Positions 1 through 10,412 of a stretch of DNA of 64,000 nucleotides are shown here, in pieces. A model generated the notes under the pieces. The model was not told the DNA's origin. It saw nothing but the letters and a program-made list of their open reading frames with translations, and did not search any database. The DNA comes from Gammaproteobacteria bacterium (GTDB lineage: Bacteria > Pseudomonadota > Gammaproteobacteria > UBA4575). The stretch is taken from NCBI GenBank assembly GCA_965243395.1, contig CBDEUS010000002.1:1056001-1120000 (forward strand), given 5' to 3'. Position 1 is the first letter of the stretch; every line of letters begins with the position of its first letter. Position numbers and translations under genes: made by a program.

Positions 1-44
1 ATTCTGAATTTTATCGATACTTTAATAAATCTGAGCAAAATTAA
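1..44 (+). CDS. hflC: 3' end of FtsH protease modulator HflC (partial)
   Basis: Frame reads SEFYRYFNKSEQN*, resembling the HflC C-terminus; expected order hflC-DUF2065-hisZ-purA. Confidence 0.7.
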   Translation, partial: SEFYRYFNKSEQN

Positions 45-81
45 ACTGTCTAGTCTAGTTTCCTATTTTTAGCCTGAATTT

Positions 82-276
82 ATGTGGAATGAAATACTGG
101 TTGCGATAGCGCTGGTTTTAGTTGTTGAGGGAATCATACCTTTTTTAGCGCCAGAAAAATTTCGTCAAGCACTTGCGCAACTTGTGCAAATGCCAGATCA
201 AGTGCTTCGCATGATAGGTTTGGCAAGCATGACATTAGGAATCATCTTCCTGTATATCTTAAGATTAGTTAATTAA
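82..276 (+). CDS. DUF2065 (YjeT-like) small membrane protein
   Basis: ALVLVVEGIIPFLAP...LRMIGL motif; position between hflC and hisZ. Confidence 0.85.
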   Translation: MWNEILVAIALVLVVEGIIPFLAPEKFRQALAQLVQMPDQVLRMIGLASMTLGIIFLYILRLVN

Positions 277-278
277 TT

Positions 279-1460
279 ATGAGTCAAGATCGCTGGTTAC
301 TGCCGGAAGGAATTGAAGAGTCATTGCCGGATGAATCTGCCTGGCTTGAAAGATATCGACGTGAACTCGTTGACATGTTTTCAACCTGGGGCTACGAACT
401 GGTAATGCCTCCGTTAATTGAATATTTAGATTCGTTATTAATTGGTCCTAGTGATGATCTTGATCTACAAACATTCAAGTTAACGGATCAATTAACTGGG
501 AAAATGATGGGAGTTCGTGCGGATATGACTTCGCAAGTGGCTCGGATAGATGCGCATATGTTAAAACGTGATGCTCCAACACGTTTCTGCTATATGGGGA
601 CTGTGTTACATGCTCGTCCAGGTGGGCGTGATTTAACACGTAGCCCTTTGCAAGTTGGTGCAGAACTATATGGTCATAGTGGATTGGATAGTGATCTAGA
701 AGTTATTTGTTTAATGCTTGAAGCATTAAACTTAGTGGGTATCGAGAATATTCTGCTTGATTTGGGACATGTTGGTATTTTTACTAAATTAGTTGAACAG
801 GCTGGTTTAAGTGATGCACAACAAAAGCAACTCCAAACCCTTTTACAGCAGAAAGCATTTCCTGAATATGAACAGTTTATTTCAAACTGTTCTTTAGATG
901 ATAATTGTCACAATGTATTTTCTTCTTTGATAGAGTTAAGTGGTGGCGCAGAAGTTATTGTGACGACTAAAGAGCTTTTAAAAGATACTGGTTCTGAAAT
1001 TATTAAGCATATCGAATATATAGAAGAGCTTGCGTTACGTGTTTTGGATCGTTATCCAAATATTCAATTACATTATGATTTTTCTGCATTAAGTGGATAC
1101 CACTATCAAAATGGCGCAGTTTTTGCGGCATATATTTCAGGACAAGGCGGAGAAATAGCGCGTGGTGGTCGTTACGATATGATTGGTGAAGTATTCGGGC
1201 GTTCAAGACCTGCCACTGGTTTTAGTATGGATCTTAAAGCCTTGGCAAAAATTTCGCCTAAACCTAATCAAGTTGTAAAAGGTATATATGCGCCAGGTGA
1301 CAGCGACCCAAAATTGCAAGTAAAAATTAAAGAATTACGTGCACAGGGTGAACGAGTGATATGTGAATTGTCTGGTCAGCAAGGTAAAGCCCAAGAGTTT
1401 GCTTGTAACCGTATCTTAGTAAAAGAAAACCAAGAGTGGATTATCAAAGAAATCCAATAA
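279..1460 (+). CDS. hisZ: ATP phosphoribosyltransferase regulatory subunit
   Basis: RWLLPEG N-terminus, RADMT, GGRYD; HisRS-like; upstream of purA. Confidence 0.95.
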   Translation: MSQDRWLLPEGIEESLPDESAWLERYRRELVDMFSTWGYELVMPPLIEYLDSLLIGPSDDLDLQTFKLTDQLTGKMMGVRADMTSQVARIDAHMLKRDAPTRFCYMGTVLHARPGGRDLTRSPLQVGAELYGHSGLDSDLEVICLMLEALNLVGIENILLDLGHVGIFTKLVEQAGLSDAQQKQLQTLLQQKAFPEYEQFISNCSLDDNCHNVFSSLIELSGGAEVIVTTKELLKDTGSEIIKHIEYIEELALRVLDRYPNIQLHYDFSALSGYHYQNGAVFAAYISGQGGEIARGGRYDMIGEVFGRSRPATGFSMDLKALAKISPKPNQVVKGIYAPGDSDPKLQVKIKELRAQGERVICELSGQQGKAQEFACNRILVKENQEWIIKEIQ

Positions 1461-1473
1461 AATAAAAAAATAG

Positions 1474-3289
<1,816 letters not shown>

Positions 3290-3291
<2 letters not shown>

Positions 3292-4279
3292 GAGCCTTGA
3301 AAATAAAACTTTTTTAGTCGTTGGTGGAGCGGGTTATATAGGTTCACATATGACTTTAATGCTTCACGAATTAGGTTATCAAGTGCTTGTGTTAGATAAC
3401 CTATCAACTGGTTTTGAAGAAGCTGTGATAGGTGCTGAGCTCATTCGTGGGGATATTCATGATTCTAAAATTCTTAGTCAAATCTTTAAGCAAAATAATG
3501 TTGATGTAGTAATGCATTTCGCCGCATGTATCGACGTTCGCGAGTCTGTTCGTGACCCATTTAAATACTACCGAAACAATGTAGTAGGTACTCAATCGTT
3601 ACTAGAGCAGATGGTAGCCAACAATGTGAAAAATTTTATTTTTTCATCTACAGCAGCAATATTTGGTAAGCCTGAATACGTACCTATCGACGAGGAACAT
3701 AATAAAAATCCTGTTAACCCATATGGGCACAGTAAATTGATGGTCGAGCAGATGCTTGATAAATACGACCAAGCATATGGAATAAAATCAGTTTGTTTGC
3801 GTTACTTTAATGCAGCAGGTGCAGATCCAAAGACTCGATTAGGTGAGTGTCATGATCCGGAAACACATCTCATTCCATTGGTATTGCAAGTGGCATCAGG
3901 TCGTCGCAAGAGTATCAGTATATTTGGAAATAATTACGACACGGTTGATGGCACATGCGTACGTGACTATATCCATGTTGTTGATTTATGCAATGCACAT
4001 TTATTAGCAACCGAGTTCTTATTGACACAACAACACAGCCAACAATTCAATTTAGGTAACGGTAATGGTTATTCAGTTCAGCAAATCATTAATGCAATTG
4101 AACAAATATCCAACCAGCCTATTAATATAGTTCATGCTGATCGAAGAGCAGGAGATCCTCCAATATTACTTGCGGATTCTTCATTGGCAAATAAAGTATT
4201 GAATTGGGTACCAGAATTTTCCGATATTGAACAAATAATTAAACATGCCTGGAAATGGGAAAAGCAGCGATCCCAATAA
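3290..4279 (+). CDS. galE: UDP-glucose 4-epimerase
   Basis: GGAGYIGSH, YGHSK (YxxxK), LRYFNAAGA, DGTCVRDYIHV. Confidence 0.95.
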
Positions 4280-4390
4280 TTCATCAAAATCTGCATTAGA
4301 TAATCAGATTTTCTTATTACTAACAAATGCTTAGCTAATTTTTGTTATTTTAACAAGGCCTTTTTTGCCTAGTTTTCATGTCTTGCTTGT

Positions 4391-4418
4391 GAACCTTTTT
4401 ATCATTGGTTTAGTCCAA
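4391..4418 (+). promoter_or_regulatory. Putative RpoE/AlgU-type promoter
   Basis: GAACCT-N16-GTCCAA about 90 nt upstream of a lipoprotein gene. Confidence 0.5.
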
Positions 4419-4507
4419 CACGAGTAAATATGCTTTCTGCGTGTAAACCAAATTTCAGGTGGCACGTTGTAAAAATATGAACAACTCAAAAACTAAAGAG
4501 GTTACCC

Positions 4508-4981
4508 ATGTATAAGCATTTCGTGTTTTCAATGGTTTTAATAATGAGCCTATTTTTAACGGCTTGTGCAACAAATCCTTATAGTGCTCCGAGTAAACAA
4601 ACTCAAGGAGCAGTTGCTGGAGGTGTGATAGGTGGTCTTTTGGGCTCTACAGTGGGAGATGGCAGAGGTACAGTTTGGGCTGCTGCTGCGGGTACATTAA
4701 TTGGTGCTTTGGCAGGTGCACATGTAGGTCGTCAGTTGGATGAATTGGATCGCTACCACGCAGGTAGAACATTAGAAACTGCCCCTACAGGTGCTACTAA
4801 GGAATGGGTAAATCCTGACTCAGGAACAGCTTATTCGGTTACGCCAACACGAACTTATGATTCCGGACATGGAACGCCGTGTCGAGAGTTCACAATGGAT
4901 GCAGATATCGGTGGTCAAACGGAGCAAGTATACGGAACCGCTTGTAGACAAGCAGATGGTAGTTGGAAAATGTCTGCTTAA
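4508..4981 (+). CDS. Glycine-zipper outer-membrane lipoprotein (17-kDa surface antigen / RT0821-Lpp0805-like)
   Basis: Lipobox LTAC, glycine zipper, WVNPDSG, CREF...GTACRQADGSW. Confidence 0.85.
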   Translation: MYKHFVFSMVLIMSLFLTACATNPYSAPSKQTQGAVAGGVIGGLLGSTVGDGRGTVWAAAAGTLIGALAGAHVGRQLDELDRYHAGRTLETAPTGATKEWVNPDSGTAYSVTPTRTYDSGHGTPCREFTMDADIGGQTEQVYGTACRQADGSWKMSA

Positions 4982-4995
4982 ATATACGCTAAATT

Positions 4996-5026
4996 AAAAA
5001 GCCCTGTATGCACATACGGGGCTTTT
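4996..5026. terminator. Bidirectional intrinsic terminator
   Basis: AAAAAGCCCTGTATG-CA-CATACGGGGCTTTT between convergent genes. Confidence 0.85.
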
Positions 5027-5054
5027 AATACAGGGGTGTTAATGTCGCTAAACT

Positions 5055-5618
5055 CTATCTACGAGATGTAATCGTATCTTGTTTCATATTTTGAGCAAGC
5101 CATGCTTTGATGGGCCAGGGAAAATTATTTTCTGATTTTGAAATATCTTCCCATCCTTGCTCTACAAAACGTTTATAAGCATCCGCACCATAAATATTTT
5201 GCACATGAGTGGGTTTGCTTTCACTTGCAGAGTCACCCTTTATTTCTTCGTCCCTAAATGCATAAAGAATGGGTTCTGCATCATGCTGTTCGTTTGTTTG
5301 TAATATGGTGATATACGCGCATTCTACATTTTTACGATATAGTACTTGGTAATTAATAATTTCTAGACTTTCGAAAACAGGTTTTTCTTCAGTAATTTCT
5401 TCTGAATCATCTTGCTGAAACTGTTTAAAGACTTCGTCAAATTCATGGTCACCGATATCTGCAGTAGAAATTTCTAAACCTTCCGTTCTGCGACGATCAC
5501 CAAATGTTCGACGTTCATTTTCTACTTGTTCGCCATGGTCATCTTTTAGTGGGAACGATTTCTCTTCATTATTTCTTCTACGGTCGTCACCAGATCTGCG
5601 ATCGTATACAACTTTCAT
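5055..5618 (-). CDS. Hypothetical protein with two [D/E]RRxxxDRRR motifs
   Basis: 187-aa ORF, SD-like AAGGGA; motifs DRRSGDDRRR and ERRTFGDRRR. Confidence 0.75.
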   Translation of the reverse strand: MKVVYDRRSGDDRRRNNEEKSFPLKDDHGEQVENERRTFGDRRRTEGLEISTADIGDHEFDEVFKQFQQDDSEEITEEKPVFESLEIINYQVLYRKNVECAYITILQTNEQHDAEPILYAFRDEEIKGDSASESKPTHVQNIYGADAYKRFVEQGWEDISKSENNFPWPIKAWLAQNMKQDTITSRR

Positions 5619-5695
5619 ATATTTAATCCCTTAAAGTAATTACCATAATGAGTATGCGTAAAATTGTTTAAGACCATACCAGCCATAGAATCTAT

Positions 5696-5717
5696 AAATG
5701 CGAAGTAGGTCACATTG
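5696..5717 (-). promoter_or_regulatory. CRP/Vfr-family binding site in class II position
   Basis: aaaTGCGA-agtagg-TCACAtt; extended -10 TGgTATGGT on the minus strand at 5681-5673 places the site near -41. Confidence 0.6.
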
Positions 5718-5904
5718 GGTCTTCCATTCGGTGGGCAATTTTTGCCTTTAGGGACAATATATACTAACTGGATTTTCCTCATTAGATGTTCATGCAAAAG
5801 CCTAAGTTTTTCCTAAAAAGGTAATTTCTCACTTTAGATTTCAGATATTTATCAATGATTCAAAATTTCCAGTTTTGCAGAGGAGATAGTAGAGTGCACT
5901 AGAT

Positions 5905-8166
5905 ATGGCACGTAAAAAGAAAAAAAAGTTAATCGACCCTTACGCAAAACGCGAGGCTTCTAAATACGAACAACCGATTGCCAGTCGGGAGTTGGTTTTG
6001 CAAATTCTTGAACAAAGCGATGGCCCACTGTCGCTTAGTGCGTTGCATGAGGTGCTAGAAATAAATTCAGAAGAAGTGATAGATGCACTTGCACGACGTT
6101 TAGCCGCTATGGAGCGGGATGGCCAGCTTATCCGCAATCGCCAAAATCATTATTTACCGATTTCAAAAGTTGATCTGGTTCGTGGGCGTGTGATGGGACA
6201 CCCTGATGGGTTTGGGTTTTTAATTCCAGATGAGGGTGGTGAGGATTTATTTTTACCTCCATATGAAATGCGAACATTAATGCATGGTGATCGTGCAGTA
6301 GTCCGTCCTGCAGGTAAATCTAAACGCGGTAAGTTACAGGGCAAATTAGTAGAAATCATTGAGCGTAATAATAAACAGATCGTTGGTCGCTACTATAAAG
6401 AATCTGGTATAGGTTTTGTTGTGCCAGATAATAAACGTCTCAGTCAAGACGTTATGATACCTGCCAAAAATACAATGCATGCTACAAACGGACAATTTGT
6501 TGTGGCATCTATCCTTGAGCAACCAAATAAATTTCGTCAACCGATAGGGAAAGTGATAGAAGTTATTGGCGATCATCTTGCGCCAGGGATGGAAATCGAC
6601 GTTGCCATCCGCTCTTATGATTTACCTTATAAATGGACTGACGAGACCCTTCAACAAGTCGAACAATTTAGTCAAGATGATATACAGCAACAGCTTAAAC
6701 ATCGCAAAGATTTGCGCGAATTTCATTTTGTTACCATTGATGGTAGTGATGCTAAAGATTTCGATGACGCAGTCTATTGTGAACCTCGTGATAATGGTTG
6801 GCGGTTATGGGTTGCTATAGCGGATGTGTCATATTATGTAGAACCCGATACGGCTCTTGACCTAGAAGCACGCAACCGAGGCACTTCTGTGTATTTCCCT
6901 GAGCGTGTCATCCCTATGTTACCGGAAGCTCTTTCTAATGAGCTATGTTCGTTAAAGCCTGAAGTTGATCGTCTTTGCATGGTTTGTGAGATGTTCATAA
7001 ATCAAAGTGGCGAACTAAAAAGTTATAAATTTTATGATGCGGTAATGCGATCATCGGCGAGACTGACATACGATGAAGTGCAAAGAATATTATATGAAAA
7101 AGATAAAGAAGTCAGAGAGCTAAATGAACATTTATTAAAGGACTTAGAGAATTTGCAAGGTGTTTATAATTGTTTACGTAAACAACGCAAAAAACGTGGC
7201 GCAATTGATTTTGATACTAAAGAAACATTATTTGAATTTGATAAAGACAAAAAGATAAAAGCCATTCTGCCTCGTGAACGGTTTCAGGCGCACATGATTA
7301 TTGAAGAATGCATGATAGTTGCCAATGTTGCTGCTGCAAAATTTATTACGCGTAAAAAACTACCTACATTATTCCGTGTGCATGAAGAACCCACAGCTGA
7401 AAAATTACGCGATATGCGTGAATTTCTTGAATCATTAGGTGTTGGATTTAGTAAAGCTAAAAAACCACAGCCTAGTGATTACATGGCAGTGATGAAAAAG
7501 GTTAGTCATCGTAAAGATAAGCACATCATTGAGATGATGTTGTTAAGGTCTATGGCACAGGCCGTTTATAGTCCTGATAGCATTGGTCATTTTGGTTTAG
7601 CGCTTTCGTTGTATGCACATTTCACTTCTCCTATTCGTCGCTATCCTGATTTAGTGGTGCATCGAACAATTCGTCATTTGCTTGCTGGTGAAAATAAGAC
7701 TTCTTTCCCTCTTTCGCAAAATGATTTGGTATTGCTTGGCGAGCATTGCTCTATGTGTGAACGACGTGCAGATGATGCAACGCGTGATGTGGATGCCTGG
7801 TTAAAGTGTGAATTTATGTTGGATAAGATAGGAAAGGAATTTGATGGGATAATCACATCGGTGACTGCATTTGGTTTTTTTGTGATGTTGAATAATTATT
7901 TTGTTGAAGGATTAGTGCATGTCACTACATTGAAAAGTGATTATTATCATTTTGATGAGCAATCACACTGTTTGTTTGGCGAGCGCAGTAAGACTCGTTA
8001 TGCTTTGGGTGATGAAGTAAAAATAATAGTTGCAAGAGTGAGCTTAGATGAACGCAAAATGGATTTTTCGTTATCTAGAGGTGACGATAAAAATTCAAAG
8101 CACTTAAAACGTTCAAAGCAATACAAGCCAAAAACCTCAAAGAAGAAAAGAAAAAATATTAAATAA
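5905..8166 (+). CDS. rnr: Ribonuclease R
   Basis: GHPDGFGF CSD, TIDGSDAKDFDDA, HFTSPIRRYPD, S1 domain, basic tail. Confidence 0.98.
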   Translation: MARKKKKKLIDPYAKREASKYEQPIASRELVLQILEQSDGPLSLSALHEVLEINSEEVIDALARRLAAMERDGQLIRNRQNHYLPISKVDLVRGRVMGHPDGFGFLIPDEGGEDLFLPPYEMRTLMHGDRAVVRPAGKSKRGKLQGKLVEIIERNNKQIVGRYYKESGIGFVVPDNKRLSQDVMIPAKNTMHATNGQFVVASILEQPNKFRQPIGKVIEVIGDHLAPGMEIDVAIRSYDLPYKWTDETLQQVEQFSQDDIQQQLKHRKDLREFHFVTIDGSDAKDFDDAVYCEPRDNGWRLWVAIADVSYYVEPDTALDLEARNRGTSVYFPERVIPMLPEALSNELCSLKPEVDRLCMVCEMFINQSGELKSYKFYDAVMRSSARLTYDEVQRILYEKDKEVRELNEHLLKDLENLQGVYNCLRKQRKKRGAIDFDTKETLFEFDKDKKIKAILPRERFQAHMIIEECMIVANVAAAKFITRKKLPTLFRVHEEPTAEKLRDMREFLESLGVGFSKAKKPQPSDYMAVMKKVSHRKDKHIIEMMLLRSMAQAVYSPDSIGHFGLALSLYAHFTSPIRRYPDLVVHRTIRHLLAGENKTSFPLSQNDLVLLGEHCSMCERRADDATRDVDAWLKCEFMLDKIGKEFDGIITSVTAFGFFVMLNNYFVEGLVHVTTLKSDYYHFDEQSHCLFGERSKTRYALGDEVKIIVARVSLDERKMDFSLSRGDDKNSKHLKRSKQYKPKTSKKKRKNIK

Positions 8167-8915
8167 TGAAAAATATATCTTTTGGGTTTTATAGCTCTTT
8201 AGCAGCGGTTCAACATCGCCCTTTCCATATTAAAGAAGTGTATTTATTGGATAGTAGAAAAGATAAACGTCTTCAAGAACTCAAACATGAAATTATTTCG
8301 AATGATATTGCCTATCGTTTAGCAAATAAAAATGAACTCGAACAACTGTGCGGGGTAAAGAATCATCAAGGTGCTGTGGTGGTTTACAAACAGCAACAAT
8401 CATATAGTGAATCAGCATTGTTAGAATATTGTGCATCAGCTACAGAGCCATTATTGCTTTTGGTGCTGGATCAAATAGTTGATCCACATAATCTTGGAGC
8501 ATGTATGCGTACCGCTGAAGCTGCAGGGGTGAGTGCAGTCATCAGTTCGACGCGAAATTCTGCACCGCTTACACCAACAGTGCGTAAGGTTGCTTGTGGG
8601 GCTGCTGAGCGTATACCGCTAATATTTGTTAAAAATCTCGCGCGATTCATGGATGAGCTTAAACAATTTGGAATCTGGGTATACGGCACACAACCAGAGG
8701 CGAGCAAATTGCTCTATGAGGCTGATTTTTGTCGTTCTGTAGCATTGGTAATTGGTGCAGAAGGTAAAGGTATGCGCCGTCTAGTGAGCGAAAAATGTGA
8801 TGAGCTCTTGCGCATGCCGATGTCGGGAGAAATGGCGAGCTTAAATGCTTCCGTTGCGGCAGGTGTTGGCTTATTTGAGGCCGTACGACAACGATCAGGC
8901 AGCGCTATCCTCTAA
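8166..8915 (+). CDS. rlmB: 23S rRNA Gm2251 methyltransferase
   Basis: DPHNLGACMR, GAEGKG, SLNASVA SPOUT motifs; coupled to rnr. Confidence 0.95.
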   Translation: MKNISFGFYSSLAAVQHRPFHIKEVYLLDSRKDKRLQELKHEIISNDIAYRLANKNELEQLCGVKNHQGAVVVYKQQQSYSESALLEYCASATEPLLLLVLDQIVDPHNLGACMRTAEAAGVSAVISSTRNSAPLTPTVRKVACGAAERIPLIFVKNLARFMDELKQFGIWVYGTQPEASKLLYEADFCRSVALVIGAEGKGMRRLVSEKCDELLRMPMSGEMASLNASVAAGVGLFEAVRQRSGSAIL

Positions 8916-8951
8916 TGTCCATTCATATTCCAAGGATAAAGTTGCCTTAGC

Positions 8952-8980
8952 TTGCTTGCGCCTAAGTCATCACGTAGACT
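8952..8980 (+). promoter_or_regulatory. Sigma70 promoter of the rpsF operon
   Basis: TTGCTT-N17-TAGACT followed by a GC-rich discriminator. Confidence 0.55.
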
Positions 8981-9000
8981 TCGCGGCTCAAAATTTGTAA

Positions 9001-9061
9001 CTCCTTGCTTCACTGGGGCGCAATTGTCACCAGGAGGCTTTAACCCATAGGGAGCATATAT
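9001..9061 (+). promoter_or_regulatory. S6:S18 autogenous ribosomal protein leader
   Basis: CTCCTTGCTTC...GGAGGC...ACCCATAGGGAGC: nested stems with CC motif and SD pairing, same layout as the enterobacterial rpsF leader. Confidence 0.75.
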
Positions 9062-9520
9062 ATGCGTCACTACGAAATAGTGTTTCTGGTGCATCCGGAT
9101 CAGAGTGATCAAGTACCAGCAATGATTGAGCGTTATCGTTCAATTATAGATCAAGGTAAAGGTAAGGTTCATCGTCTCGAAGATTGGGGACGTCTGCAAT
9201 TAGCCTATCCAATTCAAAAAATTCATAAAGCACATTATGTGTTAATGAATATCGAGTGTAATCAAGAAGTATTAGATGAATTAACGAGCTCGTTTCGTTT
9301 TAACGATGCAGTTATTCGTAACATGGTAATTTCAGCGAAAAGGGCTGAAACGGAGAAATCTGCTATGTTAAAGATGATCGAGCAAGAAGATGCTGATAGT
9401 GGAAAAAAAGCAACAACTCAATCTTATTCTGAAAATGAATCGAGCACAGATGAAGAAAGTTTTGCACCTGCCTCAGATGATCAGACTGCTGAAGCAGTTA
9501 CCGAATCACCCGAAAGCTAA
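9062..9520 (+). CDS. rpsF: 30S ribosomal protein S6 with long acidic tail
   Basis: [27 protein letters not shown]. Confidence 0.98.
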   Translation: MRHYEIVFLVHPDQSDQVPAMIERYRSIIDQGKGKVHRLEDWGRLQLAYPIQKIHKAHYVLMNIECNQEVLDELTSSFRFNDAVIRNMVISAKRAETEKSAMLKMIEQEDADSGKKATTQSYSENESSTDEESFAPASDDQTAEAVTESPES

Positions 9521-9546
9521 ATAAATAATATTAAAGGAAGAGTATC

Positions 9547-9771
9547 ATGGCACATTATTTTCGTAGAAGAAGGTATTGCCGCTTCACTGAAGAAGGTATT
9601 GATGAAGTAGATTATAAAGATATTGCAATCTTGAAGGATTTCATAACTGAAACAGGCAAGATTGTTCCAAGTCGAGTGACAGGTACTAAAGCTAAGTATC
9701 AGCGCCAATTATCTACTGCAATCAAACGTGCACGTTATATTGCGTTATTGCCTTATAGTGACCGCCACTGA
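9547..9771 (+). CDS. rpsR: 30S ribosomal protein S18
   Basis: [21 protein letters not shown]. Confidence 0.99.
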   Translation: MAHYFRRRRYCRFTEEGIDEVDYKDIAILKDFITETGKIVPSRVTGTKAKYQRQLSTAIKRARYIALLPYSDRH

Positions 9772-9813
9772 AATAACTCAATTAATAATTTTGTGTGATT
9801 GAGGAATTTTTTA

Positions 9814-9882
9814 ATGTATTGCCTGAAGCGATGTTTAAGTATTTATCTGGGTATTTTTTGCAATATCATGGTTAATAAATAA
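9814..9882 (+). CDS. Possible 22-aa small ORF (MYCLKRCLSIYLGIFCNIMVNK)
   Basis: GAGGA SD 8 nt upstream of the ATG in the rpsR-rplI gap. Confidence 0.25.
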   Translation: MYCLKRCLSIYLGIFCNIMVNK

Positions 9883-9933
9883 GCAAATTTACAACCCAAA
9901 TTTTATTATAATGGATCAAACGAAGAGAACGCT

Positions 9934-10383
9934 ATGGAAGTTATATTATTAACAAAAGTGGATAATCTTGGTGACTTAGGTGAGAAGGTTAAAGTACGCC
10001 CTGGTTATGCGCGAAACTTTTTAATACCAAGTGGTAAAGCAAAGTTTGCTACTGCTGAAAATTTAGCAGAGTTTGAGGCACGTCGTGTCGAACTTGAAAA
10101 AATGGCAGCTGAAACATTAGCAAATGCTGAAGCACGTAAAGCAGAACTGGATGGCACTAAAATCAGTATTACCGCCAAGGCTGTTGGTGAAGGAAAATTA
10201 TTCGGCTCTGTTGGTATGGTGGATATTGTGAATGCCTTAAGTGAAGCAGGTAAAAAAGTTGAAAAGAAAGAAGTACGCCTACCTGATGGTTCTTTTCATC
10301 ATGCTGGAGAATATCAGGTTGATATCCATTTGCACTCTGATGTAAACGCAACGATTAATTTAGAGATTATTGGCGAAGAATAA
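9934..10383 (+). CDS. rplI: 50S ribosomal protein L9
   Basis: VRPGYARNFLIP, GKLFGSV. Confidence 0.99.
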   Translation: MEVILLTKVDNLGDLGEKVKVRPGYARNFLIPSGKAKFATAENLAEFEARRVELEKMAAETLANAEARKAELDGTKISITAKAVGEGKLFGSVGMVDIVNALSEAGKKVEKKEVRLPDGSFHHAGEYQVDIHLHSDVNATINLEIIGEE

Positions 10384-10412
10384 TAAATGTATCGTCATTT
10401 TAGAAAAATCTT

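Noticed and set aside
279-1460. Second histidyl-tRNA synthetase
   Set aside because: This is the well-known paralog HisZ; the true hisS is at 42178-43461
4460-4476. Sigma54 promoter (TGGCAC)
   Set aside because: No TTGC at the required -12 spacing; the same applies to TGGCAC at 48801
5615-5797. 60-aa ORF upstream of the DRR protein
   Set aside because: Overlaps the predicted CRP box and promoter, has no clear SD and no recognisable motif
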